Origin: a virus
Direction: 5' to 3' (one strand)
Length of the DNA stretch: 64,000 nt
IMG/VR virus record: IMGVR_UViG_3300045988_118801
Span: 1 to 64,000 of that record
Shown here: positions 1 through 8,876 of the stretch, piece after piece
How positions within the stretch are numbered: position 1 is the stretch's first letter
Layout of the letters: each line of letters begins with the position of its first letter
The notes under the pieces: model-generated
What the model was told of the DNA's origin: nothing
The model's input: only the letters and a program-made list of their open reading frames with translations
The model's database searches: none
Made by a program: the position numbers and the translations under genes

Positions 1-90
1 CTCCTTTCGGACCAGCCGCTCCTGCTGGACCTTGCGCTCCCGTATCTCCTTTCGGACCAGCCGCTCCTGCTGGACCTTGCGCTCCCGTAT
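1..90. repeat. perfect 45-bp tandem duplication (2 copies seen, may continue beyond the window edge)
   Basis: Positions 1-45 and 46-90 are identical (ctcctttcggaccagccgctcctgctggaccttgcgctcccgtat). Each copy encodes 15 aa, or 5 collagen triplets. Confidence 0.9.
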
Positions 91-283
91 CGCCCTTTTC
101 TCCTTTCAACGTGCCTGCATTCAACTTCTGCTGAAATGTCTGTCCGTCCGTAAACTTAACCTGCGATGCTTTTAAATCTCCGTTCAATGCGTCTACAATA
201 GCATCAAAATTCTTTTTCAGACCTTGCGCAACTACCGCACCCGTCTGTCCGTCTACAATATAATACAAATCTTCTTTTGTCAT
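1..283 (-). CDS. collagen-like (Gly-X-Y) repeat protein, N-terminal part only; putative tail fibre
   Basis: ATG at 283. It is absent from the ORF track because it runs off the window. Translation: MTKEDLYYIVDGQTG...GTLKGEKGDTGAQGPAGAAGPKGDTGAQGPAGAAGPKG, with uninterrupted G-X-Y triplets. Confidence 0.6.
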   Translation of the reverse strand, partial: MTKEDLYYIVDGQTGAVVAQGLKKNFDAIVDALNGDLKASQVKFTDGQTFQQKLNAGTLKGEKGDTGAQGPAGAAGPKGDTGAQGPAGAAGPKG

Positions 284-289
284 AGTTAT

Positions 290-673
290 CTATTTTAAAA
301 AATTCCAATATGATTTATCTATTTCCCCCTTTCTGCTTGTTGGCTTTATCTCCTTTTGGGTTTCTACTTTAATCTTATCCTTGTATCTGTACACTCCATC
401 GTAAATAACAAATCCTGTCGGTAAGAATGAAGTACCAAAATTAAACTCGTCCTTGAATCTGAATACGCCTTCATTATTCCAAATCCCTGCCGGAAGAAAT
501 GGTGGGTTGGTAGATTGCATTTCCCACGTATCTTCTGAAATCCATATACCTTCCATTTCCCATATTCCCGTGCCGAAGCATGAAAGATAAGTGGGCGGAA
601 TGATTTTCCCTCTAGCCGTATATGGTGCAGGGTATCTTAACCCTACACCAATTCCTATATTGAATCCGCCCAT
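290..673 (-). CDS. hypothetical protein (virion module)
   Basis: ORF track. Co-oriented and tightly packed between the fibre-like gene and the portal block. No recognisable motif. Confidence 0.5.
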   Translation of the reverse strand: MGGFNIGIGVGLRYPAPYTARGKIIPPTYLSCFGTGIWEMEGIWISEDTWEMQSTNPPFLPAGIWNNEGVFRFKDEFNFGTSFLPTGFVIYDGVYRYKDKIKVETQKEIKPTSRKGEIDKSYWNFLK

Positions 674-675
674 AT

Positions 676-942
676 CTATTCCACACCGTAAAAGATTCTG
701 TAATTTGCCAAATCTTCCGGCTTTACGTTAAGTTTCGTACATACGACAGGATTCCATGTACTTGACATGAATGGAAAACCCACAAGCCCAGTAGTATCTG
801 CAAGTTGTACGTTCATTACGTAAACGGAAGCCGCAACGGTAGATTTAGGTACAAGCATGATATAGAAAGAATCAACCTTGTTAAATTCTCCCTGACTTGT
901 TATCTCTCCACCGTTTCTTATCTTGTCACTCATAAAAGACAT
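676..942 (-). CDS. hypothetical protein
   Basis: ORF track. 3-nt spacing to the downstream gene. Confidence 0.5.
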   Translation of the reverse strand: MSFMSDKIRNGGEITSQGEFNKVDSFYIMLVPKSTVAASVYVMNVQLADTTGLVGFPFMSSTWNPVVCTKLNVKPEDLANYRIFYGVE

Positions 943-964
943 GTTTACCTCCTTTTTAAAAAAA

Positions 965-1339
965 TTAGTTATTGTTTATGCCACACTGTTGACATTTCTC
1001 CTTGAAAGTCTGCATAACGATACAATCTTCTGCTTTTTTTACGAACTTGCATCCGCTTGAAGCGTAGATAGCTTCGTGCTTTATATCAACTCTCAAAGAT
1101 AATTCCTTGACCTCTTTTTTAAGGTTGTTTATCTCTTCGGTAGTAGTCCTTCGATATTCGTTGTTGCTTTCAAAATTTTGCTTGATAACATCCTGCAACT
1201 CGTTAATTACAGCCTTTAGATTTTCTATCTCTATGCTATTCTTTTTTGGTTTTGCATTGTAGAAATTGAGAATCCATCCACCGCCAAGAAATGCTCCAAC
1301 TGGGACTAATACATTTTGTACTATTTCCGACCACTCCAT
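965..1339 (-). CDS. membrane-anchored coiled-coil protein
   Basis: N-terminal hydrophobic segment VLVPVGAFLGGGWIL, a central charged heptad-like region, and a Cys-rich C-terminus. Confidence 0.45.
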   Translation of the reverse strand: MEWSEIVQNVLVPVGAFLGGGWILNFYNAKPKKNSIEIENLKAVINELQDVIKQNFESNNEYRRTTTEEINNLKKEVKELSLRVDIKHEAIYASSGCKFVKKAEDCIVMQTFKEKCQQCGINNN

Positions 1340-1342
1340 TTA

Positions 1343-2914
1343 CTATTTACTTGCGCCTCCTACGCCATTTTGATTTGAATCAACATTACTGTTTCCGCCA
1401 TCTCCGTTATTATTGTTTCCGTATTGCAAGGACATTTCCTTCTCTTTCATTTCCATTTCAGCGTCACGTTCTTTCTGCCGTCTTACCTTTTCATCAGGCG
1501 AGCTTTCAGTATTCTTGTCAATCAGCGTTTCTTCCGAAATACCACCTGCACCTTTAAGAGAAATAAGCATGTTGTTGTATTCTGTATCGTTCTGCGGTCG
1601 CCATACCTTGAACTTAGCATTAATATCTATGCTTTCAAAATCAGTCACAGCAGTAGGATTCTTGCCGTTATTGACAAGTTCCTTTGCAAGACCTTCCTTA
1701 AACAGTCTGCACATCTTATCAGCAAAATTCTGCCAGTCAATAACACCCTGCAAGGCTGTTTCAATATCCAAAGACTGTGTAAGCATGATAGCTTGTGCTG
1801 AAATATCACCTGAACTTTTCACATCTTTAGGCAGCAGGAAAGTAGCACCGCATCCTTTCTGAATGGTTTCTTCCATAAGACCGAGCGTATCAATCATATT
1901 CTGCGGACTAGGTGGTGTCTTGAAGTCAGCACTACCGTTGCCTTCCATAGATGTATCATTCAGAATAACCGCACCTGCAACCTTTTCAGACAAAGCCTTG
2001 AAGTTGCCCCTTACATACAAGATACCCCAACCGTGCCGTTTCTGAATAACCAAGAACACGTTGTATATAACCTCGTAAACTTCGATTATGCTCTGTACGT
2101 TATCCCAAGCTACACGACCTCTCTTAGTCACCAAAGGTATCTCGCTGAATCCGTGCGGCACTGGCTTTTCCATTCTCCAACTATAAGGATTTACGCTGTC
2201 GTCATTCCATTCGCATACATATCTGTACATATACGTATCGTCATAGCTGTCAATGTACTGCGTATCTCCTACTGAATAATACACCGATTCAAGTATTCTG
2301 TCACCGTTCTCGTCATTGTGAGGGCAAAGAATATATCCATCTTCGTAACTTAACAGTCTAGCCTTGATTCTTCCTTTATAGTCAAAGTAGAATAAAAGAC
2401 CTGCATCTCCGTAAGACTTCTGCGCACTTACTGCCTTTGTACGCATACCGTCCATATTTCTCAAATTCCAATACTGCTTGAAGTCAATAAACGCCTTGTT
2501 CTGTTTTTCGTCAGGCTCTGTATTCATCAGAGTAAACTGCATCGGATTTCCGCACAAGTGAAGAACGTGCTTGTCCCTGATTAATCTCTGATAAGGAACA
2601 GCCATTTTCTTGTATTCTATCTCATACATCTGCCCTTTCTTGTTCTTCATAGTAATGGATGGAATATTCTCGTCAAACAGTACTTTGTGGCTCATAGGGT
2701 CTAGTTCTCTGACAAACTCATCCTGACTTACTACGTTTCTTTTGATATTAGACAGCGTAGCCTGAATCTTGCCGTTTATGGAAACTTCCTTATCCAAGAA
2801 ACCACAGTTGCAGTTATTATCAGCGACAGTACCCCTCGTGAAAGGCTTCTTCTCCAAAAGCCTTTCGGGGTCTGCCAACAATTCGTCAATAAGTTTTCTA
2901 GTCTTGCTATTCAT
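1343..2914 (-). CDS. putative portal protein
   Basis: About 520 aa. Lies in the terminase block and has a Gly/Asn-rich acidic C-terminal tail. ATG at 2914 overlaps the upstream stop (ATGAATAG). The track start at 2959 is TTG. Confidence 0.55.
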   Translation of the reverse strand: MNSKTRKLIDELLADPERLLEKKPFTRGTVADNNCNCGFLDKEVSINGKIQATLSNIKRNVVSQDEFVRELDPMSHKVLFDENIPSITMKNKKGQMYEIEYKKMAVPYQRLIRDKHVLHLCGNPMQFTLMNTEPDEKQNKAFIDFKQYWNLRNMDGMRTKAVSAQKSYGDAGLLFYFDYKGRIKARLLSYEDGYILCPHNDENGDRILESVYYSVGDTQYIDSYDDTYMYRYVCEWNDDSVNPYSWRMEKPVPHGFSEIPLVTKRGRVAWDNVQSIIEVYEVIYNVFLVIQKRHGWGILYVRGNFKALSEKVAGAVILNDTSMEGNGSADFKTPPSPQNMIDTLGLMEETIQKGCGATFLLPKDVKSSGDISAQAIMLTQSLDIETALQGVIDWQNFADKMCRLFKEGLAKELVNNGKNPTAVTDFESIDINAKFKVWRPQNDTEYNNMLISLKGAGGISEETLIDKNTESSPDEKVRRQKERDAEMEMKEKEMSLQYGNNNNGDGGNSNVDSNQNGVGGASK

Positions 2915-3506
2915 CTCTGTTCTCGTTTTCGTGTTCTTTAATACTATTCGGGTTCTCAATTAAATTCCAATGCTGCATCGCATATTCCTTTGTCTGCACC
3001 CAACACTCCCTATGTGTATGAGGGCATATCGTATTGAACTTGGTTTCTACGATTATCCTCTGCTCGTCCTGCTTCTCCGATACGGCAAACTTGTCATTCA
3101 GCTTGGTACGGATTTCAATATCAAGCTTGATAAAATCCTTCGCATCAAGTTCACCGTTCTCGTTCATCTCTTTAATCTTTGCAAGGTTCTTAATCAACTG
3201 CTCCTTGTTTTCTTCAAACGTAATGTCCTCGTAGTTCACCTTGCCGCTGGTTGCCGTGCCCGCATCTCCCTTGTCCGCATAATTGGACTTCATGTATTTT
3301 CTCAAATACCGCATCTTCTGACTTTTGTCGTACTTGTCAAGTGCATCAGAAGTAAAGTCCTTACCGAAAAGACCTGCATAGACAATGTTCTTGTCCTTGA
3401 AGCTTCTGCAAAGAATAACGTAGAATATATCCCTGACGCTTATCTCATGCTTCAGCTTCTTGCCATCGCCTATAATCTTCGTAATGTCCTCTATCGCTAT
3501 CGCCAT
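2907..3506 (-). CDS. hypothetical protein between terminase and portal
   Basis: ORF track, charged and helical. Its position would allow a packaging role, but no motif was seen. Confidence 0.45.
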   Translation of the reverse strand: MAIAIEDITKIIGDGKKLKHEISVRDIFYVILCRSFKDKNIVYAGLFGKDFTSDALDKYDKSQKMRYLRKYMKSNYADKGDAGTATSGKVNYEDITFEENKEQLIKNLAKIKEMNENGELDAKDFIKLDIEIRTKLNDKFAVSEKQDEQRIIVETKFNTICPHTHRECWVQTKEYAMQHWNLIENPNSIKEHENENRDE

Positions 3507-3527
3507 ATATCTCTTATATTTAAAATA

Positions 3528-6191
3528 CTAACTCCAAAAACTATCGTCAAATACGTTTGCCTTATCCAATCCCAAATCGTTATCTTCTTCCAATGCCACT
3601 TCCGAAGCTATAAGCTCCTGACCGTATTCATATTTCAACAAGGGAAGCATCCTCATTGCGATAGGGTCTAGCAAGTCCATAGACCTGTTCTTTCCCAGCA
3701 TCTGATTCATTTCCTTCTTGTTGAAAAGCGTCTTTTTACCACTGGGCAAACCTTTCCATCTCACGACAGAACATTCTTCTATAAACTCTGTCTTTATTGT
3801 AATGGGATTGCTCATTCTTTTGTGAGGATAAACAGCTTCCGCAATCGAATCCTCAAATGAGAGCAAACCTCTCTTTATAACCTCTACCAATCGTCCGTAG
3901 CACTCGTCCTTCATGTTGTAGTGCATACGCCAATACAATCCGTTCGGTCTGTTATATGATTTAAAACCTATCGCACCGTTGATATAGTCGTTTATATAAG
4001 CAGCCCTGATAGCATCGTAGATTATATGATTGTCAGGTATTCCGTGCCTTTCTGCCATCTGCATCAGCATCTCTGCGTTAAGTCGTGGCGTACTTGTGCA
4101 TAATATCTTATAGTCTATGATATGCAGACCGTTCCAAACAAGTATAACCGTGTTATCGTCACCAGTATCAGCCAAGTCTGCCGTTATCCATTTGTCGTTG
4201 TTCTTTCGTGGGTCGTTGTTGAAAACGCTTTCGGCAGTAGCGTATGGGATAGGTGCTTCTGCATCGTTTTTTAAAGATACATTCCAATTACCTTCAATAA
4301 GCTGTTGTGCTTGTCTGCCACCAACTGCTGCAACACTACCAGCGTAGTCCATATTGTTACCGATAGAAGCCTTGTTCTCTGACATTCTACCCAAATAGAA
4401 TGTAAAGCTTTTTATAAGGTTCTTATATGTAAATCCTCCACCTAAAGATTTTATCTTTCTATCAATATCGTCCCTGCATTTTCTGTAAACTTCTTCTTTT
4501 GAATCACCCCAAACAACATCGTCTACATTCTCTCCTTGAAGATAGAAGTATCTCACGACACCGTTTCTATCTTCCATTATTTGCCCATCCAATCCAACAT
4601 ACCAATCAATGAATTTTCTAACCCAGCAGTCTTTTTCAGGGTTTGTAGTTCCTCTGAATTTACCCGACCATTTAGCTTTACCACGGTTACGTGATAGTAG
4701 ATATTTAAACGTAGAAAACTCATACGACGTTAATTCGTCCATGTATATTAAATCGTACTGGCTACCTTTCCAAGTTTCAGTTACCTTACGTATATTTTCA
4801 TCGTTAATCTGCCTGAAATCAACAAACGCCCCTGACGGAAACCTTACACGTGGAGGGTCTGTTGATTTCACTTCAATGTGATTACCATAGGCAGATTTAA
4901 AATCATCTGTCAAAGAACCACCACCCTTCAACTCCGAGAATGTTCTTCGTGTAAAACATGCACGGAAATTAGGGTCTAATGATGGTTCGGCAACAGAAAG
5001 GATTGCAGCAAAAGACTTTCCACAGTTTCTTGTTATAACGTATCCATCTGTTAAATATATATGCTCGTTACCCGAAACATTTATACATCTAACATTTTTT
5101 TTGCCGACAAGTTTATAATCCATAATGCTTAGCATTGTGTTACATTTTCTATCTTTTTCAGTTATAGCCTTATTTTTTTTTCTATCTAAGCAAAACAAAT
5201 CTTTATCATCCTTAGTCCACACTAACAATCCGTAAGATTTAGCACAGTTTACCTCTTTCCCATTTTGTATTCTTTTTGTTTTATCTGTAATGTGTATTGA
5301 ACATCTTCCACCTATACTCCATATTAATTCTTGAATATCTTTTGCTAATCTTTCACTTGTTGTTCTATAACTAACTCTACTTCTTTTATTTGTATTAGAT
5401 TGAGAACAGCATCCATCTGTATCAAATAAACCTCTTAGCAATTCCATTCTATCTTCTATACTTGAATACTTATATATGTTAGGTATAAATTTATCATAAG
5501 ACAATTTGCCCCACAATCCAAGTTCCTTCAAATACTCAACAACTTCTTTATTTCTGATGCAATAATGCAGGCTATTCTTATTTTTACTTTCCTTAACTAT
5601 ATCATATCCTAACCCTTTTATTCTTTCAATAGTTTGATAATCCTTAGAATGGCAAGCAAGGTCAGCTCTATGTAACTTATTAGATAAACAACCATCGCCT
5701 ATTAGACAACCTAGTAAATACGGATGTATTTTAAGATTATCTTTTTTGTAAAAAGATACAGGCTGAGTAAGAGGTATTCTCAATCTATTCACATGTCTTT
5801 TATCCCTATTCTTAGATTCATCAATATATTTTATAATATCTTCGGAAGAAATATCAATAATATTTCCATACCTTTCTTTGACCATCCAACGGTGAGAAAG
5901 AGCACTCTGAACCTTCCTTCCATCTTGTAACGTAAACTCAACAACATCTTGTAGTCCTTTGTCTATTACAAAATTAACCACTTGATTCCCACCCATTGGA
6001 TTATGTATTATATCTCCTACCTTTATATCTCCCATTTTTCTAAATCCGTCAGGAGTTGATATTAAGGCATCCATTGGTTGAGGGTTGAGTACCCCTCCGC
6101 CTATAACCACGTCTATATTGCTGCGGACGAAATTTTCTTGAAATCCTTCCTGCGGTCTGATAATTCTTATTTCACTTTCTTCATTTGCCAT
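3528..6191 (-). CDS. terL: terminase large subunit, interrupted by an intein in the Walker A P-loop
   Basis: 887-aa ORF. The exteins join to ..VVIGGGVLN|CGKSFAAIL.. (GxxxxGKS). The C-extein is about 500 aa, a terminase-typical size. The inserted domain has Hint blocks and two LAGLIDADG motifs. Confidence 0.8.
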   Translation of the reverse strand: MANEESEIRIIRPQEGFQENFVRSNIDVVIGGGVLNPQPMDALISTPDGFRKMGDIKVGDIIHNPMGGNQVVNFVIDKGLQDVVEFTLQDGRKVQSALSHRWMVKERYGNIIDISSEDIIKYIDESKNRDKRHVNRLRIPLTQPVSFYKKDNLKIHPYLLGCLIGDGCLSNKLHRADLACHSKDYQTIERIKGLGYDIVKESKNKNSLHYCIRNKEVVEYLKELGLWGKLSYDKFIPNIYKYSSIEDRMELLRGLFDTDGCCSQSNTNKRSRVSYRTTSERLAKDIQELIWSIGGRCSIHITDKTKRIQNGKEVNCAKSYGLLVWTKDDKDLFCLDRKKNKAITEKDRKCNTMLSIMDYKLVGKKNVRCINVSGNEHIYLTDGYVITRNCGKSFAAILSVAEPSLDPNFRACFTRRTFSELKGGGSLTDDFKSAYGNHIEVKSTDPPRVRFPSGAFVDFRQINDENIRKVTETWKGSQYDLIYMDELTSYEFSTFKYLLSRNRGKAKWSGKFRGTTNPEKDCWVRKFIDWYVGLDGQIMEDRNGVVRYFYLQGENVDDVVWGDSKEEVYRKCRDDIDRKIKSLGGGFTYKNLIKSFTFYLGRMSENKASIGNNMDYAGSVAAVGGRQAQQLIEGNWNVSLKNDAEAPIPYATAESVFNNDPRKNNDKWITADLADTGDDNTVILVWNGLHIIDYKILCTSTPRLNAEMLMQMAERHGIPDNHIIYDAIRAAYINDYINGAIGFKSYNRPNGLYWRMHYNMKDECYGRLVEVIKRGLLSFEDSIAEAVYPHKRMSNPITIKTEFIEECSVVRWKGLPSGKKTLFNKKEMNQMLGKNRSMDLLDPIAMRMLPLLKYEYGQELIASEVALEEDNDLGLDKANVFDDSFWS
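5025..6083 (-). mobile_element. intein with LAGLIDADG homing-endonuclease domain (class-3-like)
   Basis: Block A-like (P)QPMDALISTPDGFRKMGDIKVGD. Block B SALSHRW. LAGLIDADG motifs LLGCLIGDGCL and LLRGLFDTDGC. Block F VRCINVSGNEHIYLTDG. Block G YVITRN followed by +1 Cys. The C-junction is exact (Asn codon 5025-5027). The N-junction is uncertain by a few codons (6083-6089). Confidence 0.75.
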
Positions 6192-7186
6192 TAATCACTC
6201 TCCCACACTTCGTAGGCTAGCAATGATTTGTATGCTTTTTCAGAAATCAAGCCTTTACTGAAATAATCTTCGGCAATATCTTTAATATATGCTTCCTTTT
6301 CTTTCTTATAAGCTTGAAATGCTTCTTTTTCAGTATTGAACCGCCCCAAGTAAACTTGCTCTCCACCTTTTGATAATCTTGAACTAAAAGTCCCTTGTTT
6401 CGTTTTACTGACACCAATCATTGTGTCGCCACGATTTTTATCTGATTTTGTAAATAACGTATTAATAAATCTAGGTACTATCAGACATGTGTTGGGGCTG
6501 TAAGCCTTGTTTCCGTGAACAATAATATCCTTGTCAAGTTCATATCCGTCTTTGTACCCATTTTCAGGATTTTCAAACCATTCCCTGAATTTTTTATAAT
6601 GAAGCCATTCTTCGCAAACATAAGCATCTTTATATGTCAGATTTTCGGCTTTATAATCTTCGCAATAACATCTTCTAAGCATGTGCATCCACGCTGAATA
6701 TGCTGGATAGTATTTACCGTCTTTATCTACGCAAAATCTTTCATCATCGTTTATCCCAACACCGTAAACCAATTCTCCTCTTGAAGATTTAGATATAGCC
6801 TCTTTCGCATAACATTCGCAACCACTTCCTCTTGATATATGACTATTAGGAATTATCCAAAATTCCTTGCCACACCTTTTACATATTAAACAAACTTTAG
6901 TATGTGAATCTACATACTCTACCTTTGAATAATCATACCTGTCACCGTGTATTTTCTTTGACTTTTCTATAAAGTATTCCTTATCCATTACAACACCGCT
7001 ACACTTCGCACATTTGCACCCCTGAAGATGTATTCTTGGTAATACCCAAAATTCTCCGTGTTCGGGGCAGATAACACATACTTTTGTGTTGTTGTTTACA
7101 TATTCAACCTTTGAGTAATCATACTCATCTCCGTGAACTTTTCTTGCTTCTGCAATAAACTGTTCCGTTATTTTTCTTTTTCCCAT
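6191..7186 (-). CDS. homing-endonuclease-like protein: two zinc-ribbon repeats, an HNH-like region and an AP2-type DNA-binding domain
   Basis: Two copies of HGDxYDYSKVEYVxxxTKVCxIC...GxxC. ELDKDIIVHGNKAYSPNTCLIVPRFIN is HNH-like. GVSKTKQGTFSSRLSKGGEQVYLGRFNTEKEAFQAYKK is AP2-like. Its stop overlaps the terL start. Confidence 0.55.
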   Translation of the reverse strand: MGKRKITEQFIAEARKVHGDEYDYSKVEYVNNNTKVCVICPEHGEFWVLPRIHLQGCKCAKCSGVVMDKEYFIEKSKKIHGDRYDYSKVEYVDSHTKVCLICKRCGKEFWIIPNSHISRGSGCECYAKEAISKSSRGELVYGVGINDDERFCVDKDGKYYPAYSAWMHMLRRCYCEDYKAENLTYKDAYVCEEWLHYKKFREWFENPENGYKDGYELDKDIIVHGNKAYSPNTCLIVPRFINTLFTKSDKNRGDTMIGVSKTKQGTFSSRLSKGGEQVYLGRFNTEKEAFQAYKKEKEAYIKDIAEDYFSKGLISEKAYKSLLAYEVWESD

Positions 7187-7307
7187 AATTCTAAAATTTT
7201 AAAAATTTAACTTAATTTCACAATTCACAAAAAAATAAAGGGAAAGGCGAATCATGGAAAGTCCCTTGTCGAAAGGTTAATTACTCCTTTCTATCCCTTT
7301 ACATACG

Positions 7308-7315
7308 CAAATATA
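7308..7315 (-). promoter_or_regulatory. candidate Bacteroidota -7 promoter box (TATATTTG on the minus strand)
   Basis: The reverse complement of caaatata matches TAnnTTTG. It lies in the divergent intergenic region upstream of the terminase block. Confidence 0.4.
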
Positions 7316-7411
7316 CAAATAATAAATATAAATATAAATATGAGCCAAAGAAGTTAGTTCACTATGAACTAAGTTGATAACAATTCCTATTGTAATGATT
7401 ACAAAAGTGTT

Positions 7412-7419
7412 TATATTTG
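7412..7419 (+). promoter_or_regulatory. candidate -7 promoter box TATATTTG for the morphogenesis operon
   Basis: Matches TAnnTTTG, 32 nt upstream of the ATG at 7451. Confidence 0.45.
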
Positions 7420-7450
7420 CGATAAGTTAAATTTTTATAATTGCAAGTTT

Positions 7451-8098
7451 ATGAAATTCACTAAGGAAGAAGCCTTTGAAAGCCTCAAAGGTATTTTGAC
7501 GAATAGCGGCAAGAAACCCTTGCGCATGTCGGAAAGAAGCATACAGAAGCAGTTAGAATCCCTAATGCCTCTAGTTGCGAATGATGAAATGGAATTGAAT
7601 GACTTCATTGCAAAGGTGAAAGATACTTTCAGTGTAATGAACTCAAATGCTGAAAAGGACAATTCCGATTTTGTCAATCAATGGAAAAGGGAGCATCCCG
7701 ACCAAGAACCAGAACCTATTGGTGGTAGTGGTTCGGATAATCCGCAGATTAAAACTCTTATGGATGAAATCAAGGCGATGAGAGAGGAAATGAACGCAGG
7801 TAAGCGTGAAAATGCTATCAAGGCAAAACGTAACGAGCTTGCTTCGGCTTTGAAGGGGAAAGGTGTAAAGGATGATGAATGGATTAACGCATATCTTTCG
7901 GAAATTAATATTACAGAAGATATGGATGTTGATGCTAAGGCAGATTCTTCACTTAAAGTCTACAATCGTTCAAGAGCTGATATGGGTGATGGGGTTAATC
8001 CTAGAAGTGCTTCCAACGGTGATACCAAGAAATATAAAACTATGTTCGATGACATCAGAAAAGAAAGAGAGAAGATGCAGGAGAACGAAAAAGTCTAA
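7451..8098 (+). CDS. putative scaffolding protein
   Basis: Highly charged, helical 215-aa protein. It is the first gene of the head operon, upstream of the capsid gene. Confidence 0.4.
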   Translation: MKFTKEEAFESLKGILTNSGKKPLRMSERSIQKQLESLMPLVANDEMELNDFIAKVKDTFSVMNSNAEKDNSDFVNQWKREHPDQEPEPIGGSGSDNPQIKTLMDEIKAMREEMNAGKRENAIKAKRNELASALKGKGVKDDEWINAYLSEINITEDMDVDAKADSSLKVYNRSRADMGDGVNPRSASNGDTKKYKTMFDDIRKEREKMQENEKV

Positions 8099-8122
8099 CA
8101 AATTAAACAAGGGAAAGAAAGA

Positions 8123-8857
8123 ATGAGTAATTATTATGATGCTTACAGAGTACCCGGAGTTGCTTATGCAAGGGTACAATTAAGTGCTGCTGGTGATATT
8201 GGAGGTCAGCGTTCAGTGTTCGTTGATATTAGCGGGCAGAAAAACGATTTGGTTGCTCCCCCATTCGGTGCTACTTGGATGAATCCTTTCAAGGGATTTG
8301 CTAAAATCTATGCAGGTGACTTGTTTGAGTTCAGAACAGACGACAAGGGTGAACATCCAGAAGCTTATCTGTTGAAAACATTCAAGGTAAAATCGCAGAC
8401 AACCACTACTATTAAAATCTACCGTGACGGATATTCTCATGTTCCGTTTGTAGGTGACGTGTTGATGAAAGCACCTGAAACTGTCGGTGCTAAAGGAGGT
8501 CAGGCTTCTAAGGTTACTTCCGTAACTGAATCTACTGACGGTGGCAAAGATGTTTGGGAAGTTGTTGTAGACACTGAAATCGCAAGTCTGACTGACGGTG
8601 ATATTTTGGTTGAAGCGCAAGACAGCGGACAGACTGCTACTGGCACAATGCTTGTGAAGAATATCAGTGCTGTTGCACCTTGTGACTATGACTTCGTTTA
8701 CTATCCTATGACTAACAACTACAAGGAAGTAAGCAAGGTACGTGTAAGCATTACACCGATGCTGCATGGCAGAATGTACATTCACAAGATGTCGCCTATG
8801 CCTAAATGTGTGTTGGATTTGAACAAGAGCCGTATCAACGGTTGGTATGAGGTTTAA
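8123..8857 (+). CDS. head protein (decoration or accessory capsid protein?)
   Basis: Position between the scaffold-like and capsid-like genes. Beta-rich composition. Confidence 0.35.
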   Translation: MSNYYDAYRVPGVAYARVQLSAAGDIGGQRSVFVDISGQKNDLVAPPFGATWMNPFKGFAKIYAGDLFEFRTDDKGEHPEAYLLKTFKVKSQTTTTIKIYRDGYSHVPFVGDVLMKAPETVGAKGGQASKVTSVTESTDGGKDVWEVVVDTEIASLTDGDILVEAQDSGQTATGTMLVKNISAVAPCDYDFVYYPMTNNYKEVSKVRVSITPMLHGRMYIHKMSPMPKCVLDLNKSRINGWYEV

Positions 8858-8876
8858 TTAAAGAAGGAGGTAAGAA

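Noticed and set aside
3506-3530. The terL stop TAG is in frame with the next ORF (2907-3506), suggesting a read-through fusion.
   Set aside because: Only a 7-codon spacer with a one-in-three chance of being in frame. The downstream ORF has its own ATG. There is no other support.
8213-8785. Long antisense or shadow ORFs from the six-frame track. Examples: 8213-8785, 9690-10136, 14462-14785, 19732-20184, 21694-22053, 37470-38018, 38025-38336, 51465-51791, 58393-58971, 63353-63805, 2970-3671 and 1413-1862.
   Set aside because: Each lies entirely inside, and opposite to or out of frame with, a longer ORF that has recognisable motifs or operon context. Their translations are low-complexity or Cys/Ser/Leu/Phe-rich, typical of the reverse strand of AT-rich coding sequence.
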